Shown: positions 1 through 12,279 of the stretch, piece by piece
How the letters are laid out: the number at the start of each line of letters is the position of its first letter
Numbering within the stretch: the stretch's first letter is position 1
Assembly: GCA_010909165.1 (NCBI GenBank)
Contig: MU008186.1
Span: 124,001-188,000 of the forward strand
Source: Anthoceros angustus
Lineage: Eukaryota; Plantae; Anthocerotophyta
Direction of reading: 5' to 3'
Length of the DNA stretch: 64,000 bases
Made by a program: the position numbers and the translations under genes
Notes under the pieces: generated by a model
Seen by the model: the letters and a program-made list of their open reading frames with translations, nothing else
Told to the model about the DNA's origin: nothing
The model's database searches: none

Positions 1-1217
1 ATCGACGCAGTTGTGGGACTTTTCGCCCCTGAAATGGAGCGGCTTGAGGAAATAGTCTACACTGTGTAGGTGTAGAAAGTTTCATCTTTCATCCTCGTTG
101 CTCTTCCTCTCCTTTTTAGCTTTACGACATTTTTTTTGTGCAGAAAGATTGGCCTCCAGAATACCTACCTCTCTTACGAAGTTGCAGTTGGATGGCAATG
201 TTTGAGTCCAACGCCGGAATATCGTGTCCAGTTTGTGTCCTTGGATATGGCTGAAATCAGAAAAAGGGATCTTCAATTTAGCAAGATCGGTCACGAAAAA
301 TGGTTGGCTCTCAGTACAGACAGCACAGCGATGATACAACCCTTGGAAGTTCCACTTTACTGAGGAAAATTCGCAAGCAGGCACCATAGCGAGCAACAAG
401 CCTGCTATCCACCCAATGTTGCTCGGCGTGCTCTTACTGCTAGGTTGATCTCATTACTAAATAAAACGCGCAATCTGAGCAAGTCTGCGGAATTGTTGCG
501 CTTTGTCTTCCAAGCTTGGGAACTAAGCCTAATCTGAGCAAGACTGTCCCACAGTTCCACGTGCAATTCCTCATAGCTGCCATCATCCGTTGCTGGCGAA
601 AATTTTCAGCAAAGAAGAAGAAACGGTGAACAGAGGTAGAAGCTGTCGCATCTATATTTGATGTATGTAGCGTGCGGCATAGAGTAGGCTAGGCAGCCAG
701 CTGCGTTTCTGTGAAGCGAGTATAATAATAAGGAGCTAGGGGTTTAGCTCAACGGCAACACTTGCTGTAAATGGTAGTGGGCATCACTGAATTGAGGTGA
801 TCCCCCTCCTGGATGGAAGATGAAACGCACACGGCAAACTAACCTACCAGGGCCCCAATCATGCAGAGCGGGGAGTCAGAGCAGGATTCATGTCGGCCAG
901 AGTTGCCAATGCTTAGGATATGGGCCTCGATGCACGCCAATGCGTTCATGAGAAGCAGTCCGTCAGTGACTCAGAGCCGATTTCGCTATGACCCACCACG
1001 ACAGTTGGAGGAAAGGCGTGCACAAAGCATCTTCCGAAGTTCTGGCAACCCACCGGCAAGTGGCAACCTGGAAACTGCACATTGAACAGCTCATATGCGG
1101 TGGCGTGACGTGTGACAATCAGAGTCTCGGAAAAGGGTGAGGGGGTGCACCAATAGCCAGGAAGTCGCTATACCGGTAGACATGCTCCAATAATGCAGCG
1201 CCCCCATCAGCAAGACG

Positions 1218-4099
1218 TCACTGGTTCAATTGAGCTTGGCACCGTGCAAGCTGCTGGTCCAAGCTCTGCATAAAGCACATACAGCTCTGTGGAACGTGCA
1301 CACGCGCCTGTATCCTGTCCGTCCATCTCCGAAATCTGTCACGTAGGTCTTCTAAATGGCTCACCTGATTGGCGTTCGTCAGCCTCGCCGACAGTTCCTG
1401 CATAAAGTGGAGCACGAGAGGAAGCACAGGTCCCCAGCGGGTAGCCTCCTTCGGGGCTTCATTCATCACCATTACTGGCAGAAACTCGTCACTTTCCATG
1501 AGATCGAAAATGGCATTCCCGCCACTTATCCAGCTCCACACATCTGCTTCGGCCGCCTGTTGCCAGAAACGGCACTGCCATGCCCCTGTAAACCGTTCCG
1601 TCCGGTGCTGAGGCTCCTTGCAACTTAACCTTGACCATGTCCAGCAAAATTGACACGGCGGAAACGAGTGTGGCTCTGAAGTATGGGATGCGATCCCTTC
1701 GCACTCCCCCACCTTCCTCAAGCAGTCTAGATCTAAATCTATGGACGTGCCGAAAGCGACATAAAGCAGTAGCACACAGCCCATGTCTTCCTTGAGAATT
1801 GTAGGATCGGCAGAAATCAGCAGCTGAAGCACAAGATCATGAAAGCTCCCTGGTTTCTTGCTACTGGATTGACGGACACACACTGTGTCAGCGGCAGTTG
1901 TTGGATTCCTAATAGATGCCACCACTTGGTCAACCCTGCGTGTTCCCCTGCTCCTTGTGTTCTGCTCGGAGTTCTGCCAAGAATTACATACTTGATAAAA
2001 ATCTGCAAACCATCTTCCTAAAACCTCCATGCGCCCCATTCCATGCTCGGCTACCTTCTTCCTCCTCTTCACTTCCGCCTGAAGCATATTGTCCCTGTCT
2101 AATGTTTGCAGGCCCACATCGCATGCGTGGGATCCGTTGTTTGGACTCTCAAAGCTCTCAGCTTCAGGTTTTGATCTTAAGCTCCAAAACTGGATCCACC
2201 TGTCTGCTATTTCGAGCACTTCAGCGGCTCCATCCTCGCTTGCAAGCTGACTGCTGGGGTTGATCAGCCTATGAACATATTTAGACGCGGATGCACGGCT
2301 GCTGGCACGAGCACTCTCCGTGTGTGGGTCAAATCTTCTAAACAGAATTTGCACGGCAAATTTGAACCAAGGTAAGAAGTCCAGTTGCAAACTCCTGATG
2401 ACCAGACAAAACAGACAACAACGCTCAGTGAGACAACAGAGAAGCGTCATGTAGCCGCATGCATGAACCAAATGCTCATTGGACCACATGAAACTACGAA
2501 ACAACATTCTATGGGCATTCAGGTGCACACTTGAGTGAAAAAACGATAAACGGTGTGGTGATGTACCAGAAGGACTCCACGTGTAAGACGCGTGAGACTG
2601 ACGTTCCCCTCTCAGAATTTCCAAGCTGACATCCTGAGACAGCAGCGTCTTCCTGATCAAGAATTTTGACCAATTCCGCTAGTCCAGACGGACAGGGAGC
2701 CATCCTTAGTATCCTTAAACATGGTTGCAAAGACTGACGACACAGATGTGGGCCTGGCAGCAAATTCAAATCCGCATCAAGACCCCACGCCGGTGGTTCG
2801 CTGTAAACCTCCCTCACAGCCTCCATAAGGGACGAACGGAATCTCCAAATGCTGGCTGCACCACTACACAAATCAAAAACCGTTTTAACCTTCGCCCAAA
2901 GGCAGAACACCTACATAGGCCAAGCGCGTGGGCTCTCTTCGAAAATACATTCCACCAAAGACAAACAAACCACGACTTACGATAAGAGTAGCCAGGTGTG
3001 TAAGTGCCGCCTTACTTCTGCACACATATCCGGTGCCAGAGCCAGGCACACAATCAGGTGCCTGCCTGCGCCTGAGTCCATTAGATATCGTTGTATAGAT
3101 AACAGTGGCCGTCTTGCAGCCTCATGTGCTACTTCGGAGACATCATGCTCCAGCAGCGAAGGTCGAAGACGCCAAGCATGTAATCTGTGCCCACCCAAAA
3201 CTAGTCCTTCAGCATCTGTCCACCCAGAGAGTTGCAATTAGGAGCTGAGAGCTCAAACCAACCGATGCAGGTCACTCACAGACAGTTCCCAATACTCCCG
3301 CACACCCGATCATGACAGCCACTTACTGACCTGGCACAGGGGCTGAGCTTGTCGTAAATCGCCTCTTTCTTCGAAACAACCATATCAAGAAAGCTCCGGA
3401 ACGCCTTCCCCGACTGGCTCCCAATATGGGATGGTCCTCTATGGTACATGGACGTTGTCCTGTCAAATCGAAAGGCAGGCACCGAGGCAGCCACTTTCAA
3501 CATACACTCCACCAGACACATCACCGTCACTTCTGCAGCAAAATACTACAATTGTCATCCCTCCGTAAACGTCACATCGCCTCCATAAACGTCAGACCTG
3601 GTAAGAAACAGCTTTCTCTCACCATCGCTCCTCGCACTGGAACAGAACGTCTCGCATAACTTCACCACACTCTCCAACCTCGAGAGGGACACCGTGCCAC
3701 CAGCCCCAGACACGGGGTTCCCCCAGGTGCCTGCCCCACCTTCATTCACCCTACCACAAAACCCACCCACCCCTTCGCCAGCACCTAGCGCAGGCACTTG
3801 CCAGGCCACAGCCGGCAGCAATGCAGACAAGGTGTCCACCATGACGCTGCTCATCACGCTGCAAATCTGTGGAAAAAAAACGGTCAGCACTCAGAGACAC
3901 ACAATGTGCCCTCCACACCTTCTCCAAATCAGACCCACAAAAATCATACCACAGGAGCTCCGTGTCCAAGCATTCCCAAGGCCCTGTCCACCAACGACAC
4001 GCTCTTGTCGCATTTCAGATACCTGCCCAGATCCTTCACAGCCGGGGGCTCCTCCACCGCACGCTCCAGGAGCCTTCTGAATTCCTCCGCGCGATCCAT
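1218..4099 (-). CDS. Multi-exon gene, probably of the plant FANCC-like family (Arabidopsis At3g60310-like); identity tentative
   Basis: Exon 1 MDRAEEFRRLLE...GHGAPV (4099-3950, donor GTATGA) is followed by exons joined at GT-AG sites (e.g. acceptor at 3866; SD|EVTVMC junction), with a long last exon ending at TGA 1218-1220. Segments RPLLSIQRYLMD...LIVCLALAPDMCAEVRRHLHTWLLL, VREVYSEPPAWGLD...LP..H...LRIL, WFKFAVQILF, SASKYVHRLINP and LEDLRDRFRRW resemble this family as I recall it. Not searched. Confidence 0.55.
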
Positions 4100-4130
4100 C
4101 GTTGCCGCATCTCTTCCTTCCCGCACCCAT

Positions 4131-4268
4131 CAGCATTTGCAATCCAAGCATCTCAGCATTTGCAACCCAAGCATGTCAGCATTTGGAACCCAAGCATATC
4201 AGCATTTGCAACCCAAGCATGTCAGCATTTGCAACCCAAGCATCTCAGAATCTGCAACCCAAGCATCT
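4131..4268. repeat. Minisatellite: 6 tandem copies of a 23-bp unit (CAGCATTTGCAACCCAAGCATNT)
   Basis: Six head-to-tail units read directly from the sequence, with 0-2 substitutions each; lies about 30 bp upstream of the ATG at 4099. Confidence 0.95.
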
Positions 4269-4550
4269 AAGCTCTCACGCTCGTCAAAAACCCTAATTAG
4301 CCGAGGACTGTTTCCCGCCAAAACCTTACACCATGTATGCTCACGTTGGAGCCTTCCCATGGTGCGTGCTGGTTTCGCGAGTTTTTATTTACTTGAAGGT
4401 AGACTAGACAAGTATGAATATTAGGTATAAAATTACATAGGGTGTCATTGTTCCCATGTGCGGGCGGCCATAGTCCGCCCTCTAAGCACTTGTGATACTC
4501 CTCAAGCGCAATAATTCTGTACAAGGAAAAGACGTGTTGAAGGACATGGC

Positions 4551-7500
4551 TCAGAAGACGAAGCTGGCCGATTTCTCGTGTCCCAGGTTGGCGAGGAACG
4601 GGTGGCAGCAGAACTGGAGCATGGGCGGGGCGCCGCACATGAAGGACACAGTGTCAGGTCCGGGCGGGAAAAGGTGCTGCTGGAACATGCGCTCCGTCAT
4701 GAATCCCTCGTCGTAGCTCCATCCCTCGGGTGCCGTCTGCACGGTGTACCAGATCCTGAGCCTGGGGCTATGCTGCTGCTGCCATTTCTCCAGCTCCGCT
4801 CGGAGGAGGATGTCGTCCACGGTGCGGTTGGCGTAGATGAGCGAGATTTCGGTGTGGTCTAGCGGATCCTTGAAGATGGCCTGCATCACCTGGTACATGG
4901 GAGTGATGCCGGTGCCGCCTGCGAGCATGTTGATTCTCCTGGCGAAGTGCGGCTTGCCGTTGCTGGTGAAGGAGCCCTGGCCCTGGTAGTGGAGGTGCCC
5001 TAGCGGGCCCTTGACGTCGACGGAGTCGCCGATCTGGAGAGACTCCAGATACTGGGACATGAGGCCGCCGTTAGGGAACTTGGGATCCACGCCCTTGTAA
5101 TATATCTTCACCACCAGGTCGAAGTAACCAGCTTCGTCGTCGGAGGTGATGGGAGTGTATCCGCGCATCACCAGCTTGTCGTTGATTCTTGCGCTGAGGA
5201 ACATGTGCTTCCCGACTGGCAGGCCCAGGATGTGGGCCGGGCTTGGGAGCGCGAACCTGAAGCGGCGGACGTCGTGGCTGATGCTCTCCTTCTCGATGAG
5301 GCGGCATGAGATCTTCTCCCTGGGGTTGAGTGCAACCGGCGGCTTCAGCTCCCCGATGGTCTTCAGGTGTGCAAATGCCGTGCCACCCCTCACAGAGTTG
5401 TCTGGAGTGGCGTCCACCGACAGGCTGCCGTTCACGGTCAGGTCGCCGATGTAGTACTCTTCCAGCATGTTCTTGGCCTTGGTGGAGTGGATGGCGTCGA
5501 ATTCCTCTGAGCAATCGGAGCCCGCGTTGATCATAATGCTGTCCTTACCCCCGGGGTGGTCCTCCAGGAATTTGGTGGTATCGTAGACCTTGTTGTGGAC
5601 CACAATCCATGCCGAGTCGTCAGTGGCATGCTTACGCAGCTCGGAGACCGTGATCTGGCGCTTGTGTTCGGTGAGGAATGGGGAGGAGACTGATTTGGTC
5701 AGGGCCTTTCTGGGCTTCTTGTCTGTCTCTGCTTTCTCCTCCTCTTTCTCCTTCACCATCCAGCCTCCCGACTGGTTGCCTGGCCTTGTGGGATGCTCGA
5801 ACGTGAGCCCAATTCCTCCTCCCTTGGGCTTGCAAGGGTGCACCTTCACTCTGAACCAGCAGTTGTTCATCATTCCCTGGAAATAACATGCGGATCGCGA
5901 TAGTTTAGTATGGTCGTTGCTGTCCAAGAGCTTTGAAATTGAGGTTTGGGTGTCACGTGGCAGGTCTTACCATGACATTCCAGGTGAGGTTCTGGGGCTG
6001 AGTGTTCTGCGCACTGTCCCATGCCCGGACGACCAGCTCCTTCGCTGAAAGAAGCTCTGTCACTTCCACTTCAAGCTCCCAAAAGCACCAGCACCAATAC
6101 TTGCCGTACTTGGTGGGCTTCTCTGGTTGAGTGATCTTGGCCAGTCTCCATTCCACACCTCCGTCCAAAGAAACCTCTGCTCTGATCACTTTCCTGCCAC
6201 CTCCTGATGTCGTCACATGACACAACAGCATTGGTCAGTCGTTCGGATGACTCCATTGTCTCCATCTGATGTCCTTGAGCCTCATTCAAAGGGCTCAGTT
6301 TGCAGACCACACCTGTGTAAGCATAGCCCCTGAAAATGTAAGGCCGCTGCACAGTTGTGAGATTGATGGGAAGAACTTCGGCATGAGCTGGTGTGGTAAT
6401 GGTGGAATTGATGTTGAGCTCGTTGATGATGTAATCCGGCTGGTACCACCATCCTGCCAGGCAAGCGCATGGGCAGTGTGAGACTCAAGGTTCAGGGGAA
6501 GGCAGACATTCAATGAAGGAGCAGGTGCAGGTGCAGGAGCAGGAACAGGTGCAGGTGCAGAGTCTGAGGGTTATACCTTCGTCGTTGGCCTTTTCGGCGT
6601 CCACATGCGAAGGAAGAACACGGTTGTCCTTGTAATGGTAAAAGTTGTTGGACTCTTCTGAGGTTACCCAGATTTTGGTGAGCCACTTCACCATGCGGCC
6701 TCCAATGTATCCGGGAATGATCATGCGGATTGGGAATCCATGATCCGGCTCTAACTCCTTGCCGTTCTGTTCGTACGCGAGCAGAATGTCGTTGGCCTCG
6801 TCCATGGCCACATCAATCTTCAGGCTGGTGCCATACCTAAATCCGGGACAAACAAAGAGATGTCAGCAAGCAGAGCCAAACCTGGATCGACGAGCCCATC
6901 TAGCGACGCAGAGCACGAGGATGCAATCTTACTTGGTGCCTCCGCCGCCAGGAAGTTTCTCCGCGCCTTCGAAGCACACAAACAACGCACCATGGCGCTT
7001 GCTCTTGACGCCTACCCGCTTGAGCAGGTCGCAGAGGCGGACACCCTTCCAAACCGAGGTGCTGACGGCTGCGGCGCCCCAGCTGAATCCAATGCTCTGC
7101 TTCACCATGTTTTGCTCCTTCCTCCGATTCCCAGCGCAAACCAGGGTGACCGGCAGGGCTCTCGGGCGGAATTCCTCCTTGAGCTGCTGGAGCGTGAAGA
7201 TACCGGGGCGGGCCACGTTGCCGCTAACCTCCACAGTCCAGCCGTCCCCGTCCAGCACTCGGGGCACGTAGCCGTGATTGCGCACGTAGTGCAGCGACAC
7301 GGGCGTGATGAATCCCGCGTCCATGAGCCTGGACAGCGGCGGCTCGCAGTTGAAGGGATGGCGGCCGGTGAGCCGCACCAGCTCCGGATGCCGCTTGAGC
7401 CAGCTGTCCGCCGTGCCGAGGTCCCGCTCATCCACGCCATAGCCGCGCACCTTGTCCTCCCGGAAAACCCACTCCGTTTCCTCCTCTTCCTCCTCCTCGT

Positions 7501-7882
7501 CTTCCTCCTCCTCCTCCTCCTCCTTGTGCTCTTTGATGATTCCCGCCCTGGCTACCCCAACCTCAGGACTGCTGGCCGCCGGCACCTCAGGACTGGTGGC
7601 CGCCGGAACCTTGTGAGGCAGCGGAGGCTTGCCGAATCCGTTAACCAAGATCGACGCCACAGGACTCCGGCCATTAGAGTGATCCCCGCCGTTCTGATAC
7701 GCATGATTCACCTTCTGGATCGCCCGATCCTCCATCACAGAATTGAGCTTCTGCATCGCAGAATTGAGCTGGTGCAGCTCGATGGAGTTCGGACTACCTG
7801 AGACAACCTCCATGGACGACGGGCCTCCTCCTCCTCCAATCAGCAACCAGAATTTACTCACGGAATTCACGGAATCGAACAC
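4551..7882 (-). CDS. NIA: Assimilatory nitrate reductase (MoCo, dimerisation, cytochrome b5, FAD and NAD(P)H domains), 5 exons
   Basis: Exons 7882 (or 7813)-6933, 6836-6577, 6453-6313, 6203-5971 and 5876-4551 splice in frame at GT-AG sites. Motifs: acidic N-terminal stretch, [24 protein letters not shown] (MoCo Cys), GMMNNCWF, heme ligands in EDHPGG and [31 protein letters not shown]. Confidence 0.98.
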
Positions 7883-10169
7883 CGACCTCCCTCACCACCA
7901 CATTCCTCCAATTCAACCCCGTCTTAACGAACCGATTCCGATTTCCCTCCCCCCTACCAGTGCAGATCAATCGGCAGGGCCGACATTCCAAGCTCCAGCA
8001 CAAGGTGACACAGACAAACGCAGAACGAAGTAGAATGAGACCGGGGCCGCCCAGCCCGTCCCCTGCCGGAGGGAAGAGGGCAGCGTCAGGGCAGTGCGTC
8101 ACTGAGGGCAAGGGCTGTAGAGAGGCAGGCCAGCCAGCCGGCTGCAACTGTGTGGACGTGGAGGAGTGCGTGTTGCAACTGGTGCAAGGAGCCCCGGCTG
8201 GAGCAAGACGGGCGATCGACATCGCCAGTGCGGGATTTAACGACTCCGGAAGAGACGGGGGATGCAGGGGCAAGGCGGAGTGGTGCGCCGCAAGCCGCAG
8301 AATCTCATGGGTCGCCCGGCCGCGGCGCAGCACGCAGGCGCTGCGCCAGGGTCCTGCGGCCGCTAGGGATCGTGAAAGGGTTGCACGGTTTCTGCCCGCC
8401 GCGAGCAACCGAAGCAACCGAATCTCCAACCCCCGACGCGCGGCGTAGCATACCAGTGTCAACCCTTCGCGCACCAGATACAATCACAACCACACACTTG
8501 CAGCGTCCTGTTTTCGTTTCCGCGCTTAGCAGCTTCGAGCACGTAACCTCCATTTGTTCGTTCTGCGAGACCGACGCCCTAACCAATCTGTGGACTCTAA
8601 TTTTCTGCGATCTTCATCCACACAAAAACAAAGATTGCTGAATTCTGGGCGCTCTGAAAATCGCTGATTCGTTCCCCCTGCGACTGTACAACCGCAGTTT
8701 CCATTTATATATGACGTCCTTACAACCACGTTTTCAAATCTTTCGGACCCGATCCCATAATAACTTCCTGACCACAAGAATGTCGCGTTGCTCACCAATG
8801 GGAAGAAGACCCTTTATAAGATTCGCCTTCTAGAATATTTGGAGTTTATGGATCACCTATCCCAAAATCACCGTCTTGTGTATCAGCGCAAACTGCATAG
8901 CAACTCTTCCTAATCCACCATCTTTGCGCGGAGTTAGTTTTAAGAGAATTTCTAGACTCTACATAGATATTTCAAAGTATGTATACATTCAAGTAATACT
9001 TGGCGTTCTGAATTAGCTTCCTCATCCACCGGCCTTACGTGAGATATTTTTTTAGAGAATTTGAATACTTTATATAGATAGTTCAAAGTATACATTGAAG
9101 TCCCACATTAGAGTAACCCCTAACAATTGGCGGCCCCGCATGCCTTTTTGAGTGGGTTTTTCAAGTTCCTGACACATACCATTTTTCTCATCATTTCACG
9201 ATGATTTAAAAATATATAAATACATACTAATCATCCCCTGTGTATTCCACCTGTTTCATGCATTTCACATTTTTTTTGGTAATTTCTCAAACGCATCCAT
9301 TATTAGTCTTGCATCCCAGTCCCACACAACTTTTTTTTTCGTAATATTACAAGTATAGATCAAGGAAATCGAAGGAAGGATATTGGGGGAAAGGGGAGCT
9401 CTAGGGGAGGAAGGGGGCCCCTCTAGCCTAGAAGAAGAACTTTTGGTGAAAAATTACTACTAGAAAATACGGCGACGAGGGTAACAAAGAGCGCCGCTTT
9501 GAAGTTACTCTTGGCAGCTTCCCCCAGTGGTCGAGTCCATTACTAGAGAGCTTTCTCGCAAGTATCCAAGGCGGACACTACATTGGCCCTTGCTTGCTCT
9601 ACCATGGTGCATTCGCAACAATCGCCGTTCTCTGGCACCAGTGATCAGTCGTAGCACCACCTCCACCTTTTGCCAACACCTCTAACGTTGTAGTGCTGCT
9701 ACCATCATTGGCCGGCATCTCTGAGGTTGCAGCTCTGCTCTTATCATTCGCTGGGCTACTTCCTTCTTTGCCCCGGCGCGGCATGCTTTAGCTGCCCTCC
9801 TAGTGGGCACAACCTGCCCGCTGCTTAGCTAGCGGCTTGTGCGCCACAACCTGGAATGTATTAGGGAACGGACGGGAGGAGGGGCGTCACGGCCGAGAAC
9901 GGTCGAGGCCGTTAGGTCGAGACCGTTTAGTCAGTCGCCGACGCGGCCCGCCTCGGGCGTAAAGGCGGCGAGTGCGGGGCGAGGCGCGCGCCCGCTCGGC
10001 GAGCAGGCGATAGCCGAGGTCTGTGCGCACGTTAAGAGCTGTTGCCCTATGCACCCAGCTTACAACTTTCTTTTCTCTCTCTTTGAAGTAAAACAACTCT
10101 ATCGCACATTAAAGTGTTCGAGCTTTTACGGGAGTACTTTTATAGGTTTACGGACTTGTGACATACTTC

Positions 10170-11580
10170 TTAGGTATTTTCTACCGGGGTTGAAGGAGTG
10201 TACACCGGTGATTTGGGATGTGCATGGTCTTCAGAGTAATATTTCTTCCTCTGCTCATTGTACGGTCCGGCTAGAAAGTTTATCATTTCGAGTATCTCAT
10301 CCAAACGCGAATATTTCTGCAGACAATTACAATGTAAGAAACTGTGCAAAGTGAATATAACTATTCAAAATCTCATATACTAACCTCAAACAGTGCAAAC
10401 AACTCCTTTTGATTCTTCGATAGCTACAAACAAAGGTAAAAACAAGTTAATATTTTACCTCCATTTCAAGTCGAAGTAGATCCTGCTCGGAATGTACCTT
10501 TCTGACTAATGTTATGCAATGGCTGTGAAGATTTCCCACATTGCGGAAATGCGATTGTACGTTCTGGAAAGAGACTACCGTTAGAATTTTCATATTTTTA
10601 TGAATAGGAAATCCTAATATTAACAGACCTTTTGAATGTTTCTCGTGGTTTCTGGATCTTCCATGAGGGACAACAAGTCTGTAGTTTTCAGCTCCTTATT
10701 TTCAATGGCTTCCGATATCTCTACATTGCCAAAATACAGTTAATATGAAGCAATTAACTTTAAACAAATTAATTAATCTCAAAGACTTACTCTTCTGAAT
10801 CTCCCGCTCTAGTGTTGCTGTAGACCCATCTTCATTGAGGATCGGTTGCACTGGATTTTGAAGGCTATGTTCCCAAATGGGAACATAGTTGTCCTTGAAA
10901 TCTTGGAACGCTTGTGGATACTGGTAATTACCCATCCATTTGCCGTAATCAGTAAATTCCTTTGGTGGGCCATATGTTGGAGCATAATCCTCAGACTCCT
11001 CGATCTTTCTTTTTTTCTGCTATAGAAACACAGACAAGAGTTTAATGAGCTAAAGCATTGTATTAGTTTAATTTATAAATTAATGATGTGTTTAACCGAC
11101 CTGGTGGGTGATGCAGGATTTGTTGATGTTTCCGTCAATTGCTTCCATTTTGTCCTTGATTTCCTTCGCAGCAGCTGCCTGTTCTACTGCGCTATGTAAA
11201 CAAATTGTTTAGCAATGTATCTCACTAATATATGGCATCAGCTAATGTGTTTGCATACCTCCAATAGTAATTGAATTGAGATTTGATGTCCGTTGAACCT
11301 TCTAACCAGAGTCATTGTTTCCAACTCTAATTGAGCAGTTGTTCGAAGATTTTTCTTTATATCCTGCAAGTATAAGACAGTCGTGGTAAGCACGCTGTGG
11401 AGTCCTTAAATCATTCATACTATATGGTGTTTGAAACTTTTTACCTTTTTTATTTTATCCAGTTGGGTAGGCACCTGGCAAAGGAGCTGCAAGTCCTTGC
11501 TGTCCATGGATGTGAACGTCGTGTGCTCCGTGAGAACTGGGGAACATACATCTAGTTAGATATTTGTCTCTTGACTTTCT
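10170..11580 (-). CDS. Unknown multi-exon gene (about 8 short exons, partly coiled-coil-like), probably cargo of the adjacent Crypton-like element; 5' part decayed
   Basis: Successive AT-rich GT-AG introns join open exons: ...TFTSMDSKDLQLLCQ | DIKKNLRTTAQLELETMTLVRRFNGHQISIQLLLE | ...AVEQAAAAKEIKDKMEAIDG... | KRKIEESEDYAPTYG...EREIQK | KISEAIENKEL...RNIQK | NVQSHFRN...LEME | LSKNQKELFALFE | KYSRLDEILEMINFL...PVENT* (TAA 10170-10172). There is an in-frame TAA in the most 5' recognisable exon. Confidence 0.7.
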
Positions 11581-11929
11581 GAACAACAACACTACAAATG
11601 TAGAAATAGATGTTCCCAAATGAGAAATAGTACCTTTCTCAACTATCTTTTGTATTTCGGGAGTGGTATTTCAAAATCTGGTCTCGCTGCATACTCTAGA
11701 TCCCCATGGGTAGGAACATTATTGTTTAACCGTCAATTATTGCTGTTTGTCGGCTCAGACTCTGTGGTCACTCAGAAACACGTTTTCACATCCGCCAGGA
11801 AGGTCTTTTCATATAAAAACAAAAATTGTTTCTTACCTTCTTCGATATTGACCATTTTGTCGTTGTTTTCGTTGATTGATACCATCCTGAATAAAAGGAA
11901 AAAATGATTAGTATGTGAGTTGCAGTTGA

Positions 11930-12130
11930 CGCCGCGAGAAGACGCAAGCGGCTGCATGCCGATGCCCCCGGCTGTATGCTAATGTTGCGGCATGCCGATG
12001 GCTGCCTAAGACACTGCATGCTGGCGCATGCCGATGCATGCCGCCGCATCCAACGAAAGCTGCGGCATGCCGATGCATGCCGCCGCTTAACGCCGCATGT
12101 TGCGGCATGCCTATGTATGCCTCGGCATGA
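11930..12130. repeat. GC-rich palindromic array with eight GCATGC hexamers and two perfect CGGCATGCCG palindromes
   Basis: GCATGC at 11954, 11990, 12016, 12026, 12036, 12065, 12075 and 12105; CGGCATGCCG at 11988 and 12063. Confidence 0.9.
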
Positions 12131-12279
12131 CGCTGACTCTGACACGTTGTTGACACTCACACGATGTTAACTCTAAAACGTTGCAGACTCTTACAGTAAG
12201 TAATTGTCTTTTGTTTTGTTGCCCTTATTTTATTTTTTATGTGTCTTTTGTTTCATTTGCTGTGTGTCTTTTGTCTCAG

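Noticed and set aside
82-600. Short - strand ORFs (e.g. 82-399) as the end of the FANCC-like gene or a separate gene
   Set aside because: The upstream gene has a plausible stop at 1218, and I found no recognisable motif or convincing splice path. Left uncalled.
4131-4268. 23-bp repeats as a CRISPR array
   Set aside because: Units are head-to-tail with no spacers, the context is eukaryotic and there are no cas genes.
6860-7801. 313-aa + strand ORF and other ORFs antisense to nitrate reductase
   Set aside because: Shadow frames of a GC-rich coding sequence; no independent motifs.
7854-8641. Overlapping 160-210-aa ORFs upstream of nitrate reductase
   Set aside because: Low-complexity Ala/Arg/Gly/Pro products on both strands, as expected by chance in a GC-rich promoter/UTR.
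8000-9600. NLP-binding nitrate-responsive element upstream of NIA
   Set aside because: Only half-site look-alikes (e.g. AGACCCTT near 8808, TGGCCCTT near 9584) without a correctly spaced AAG half-site.
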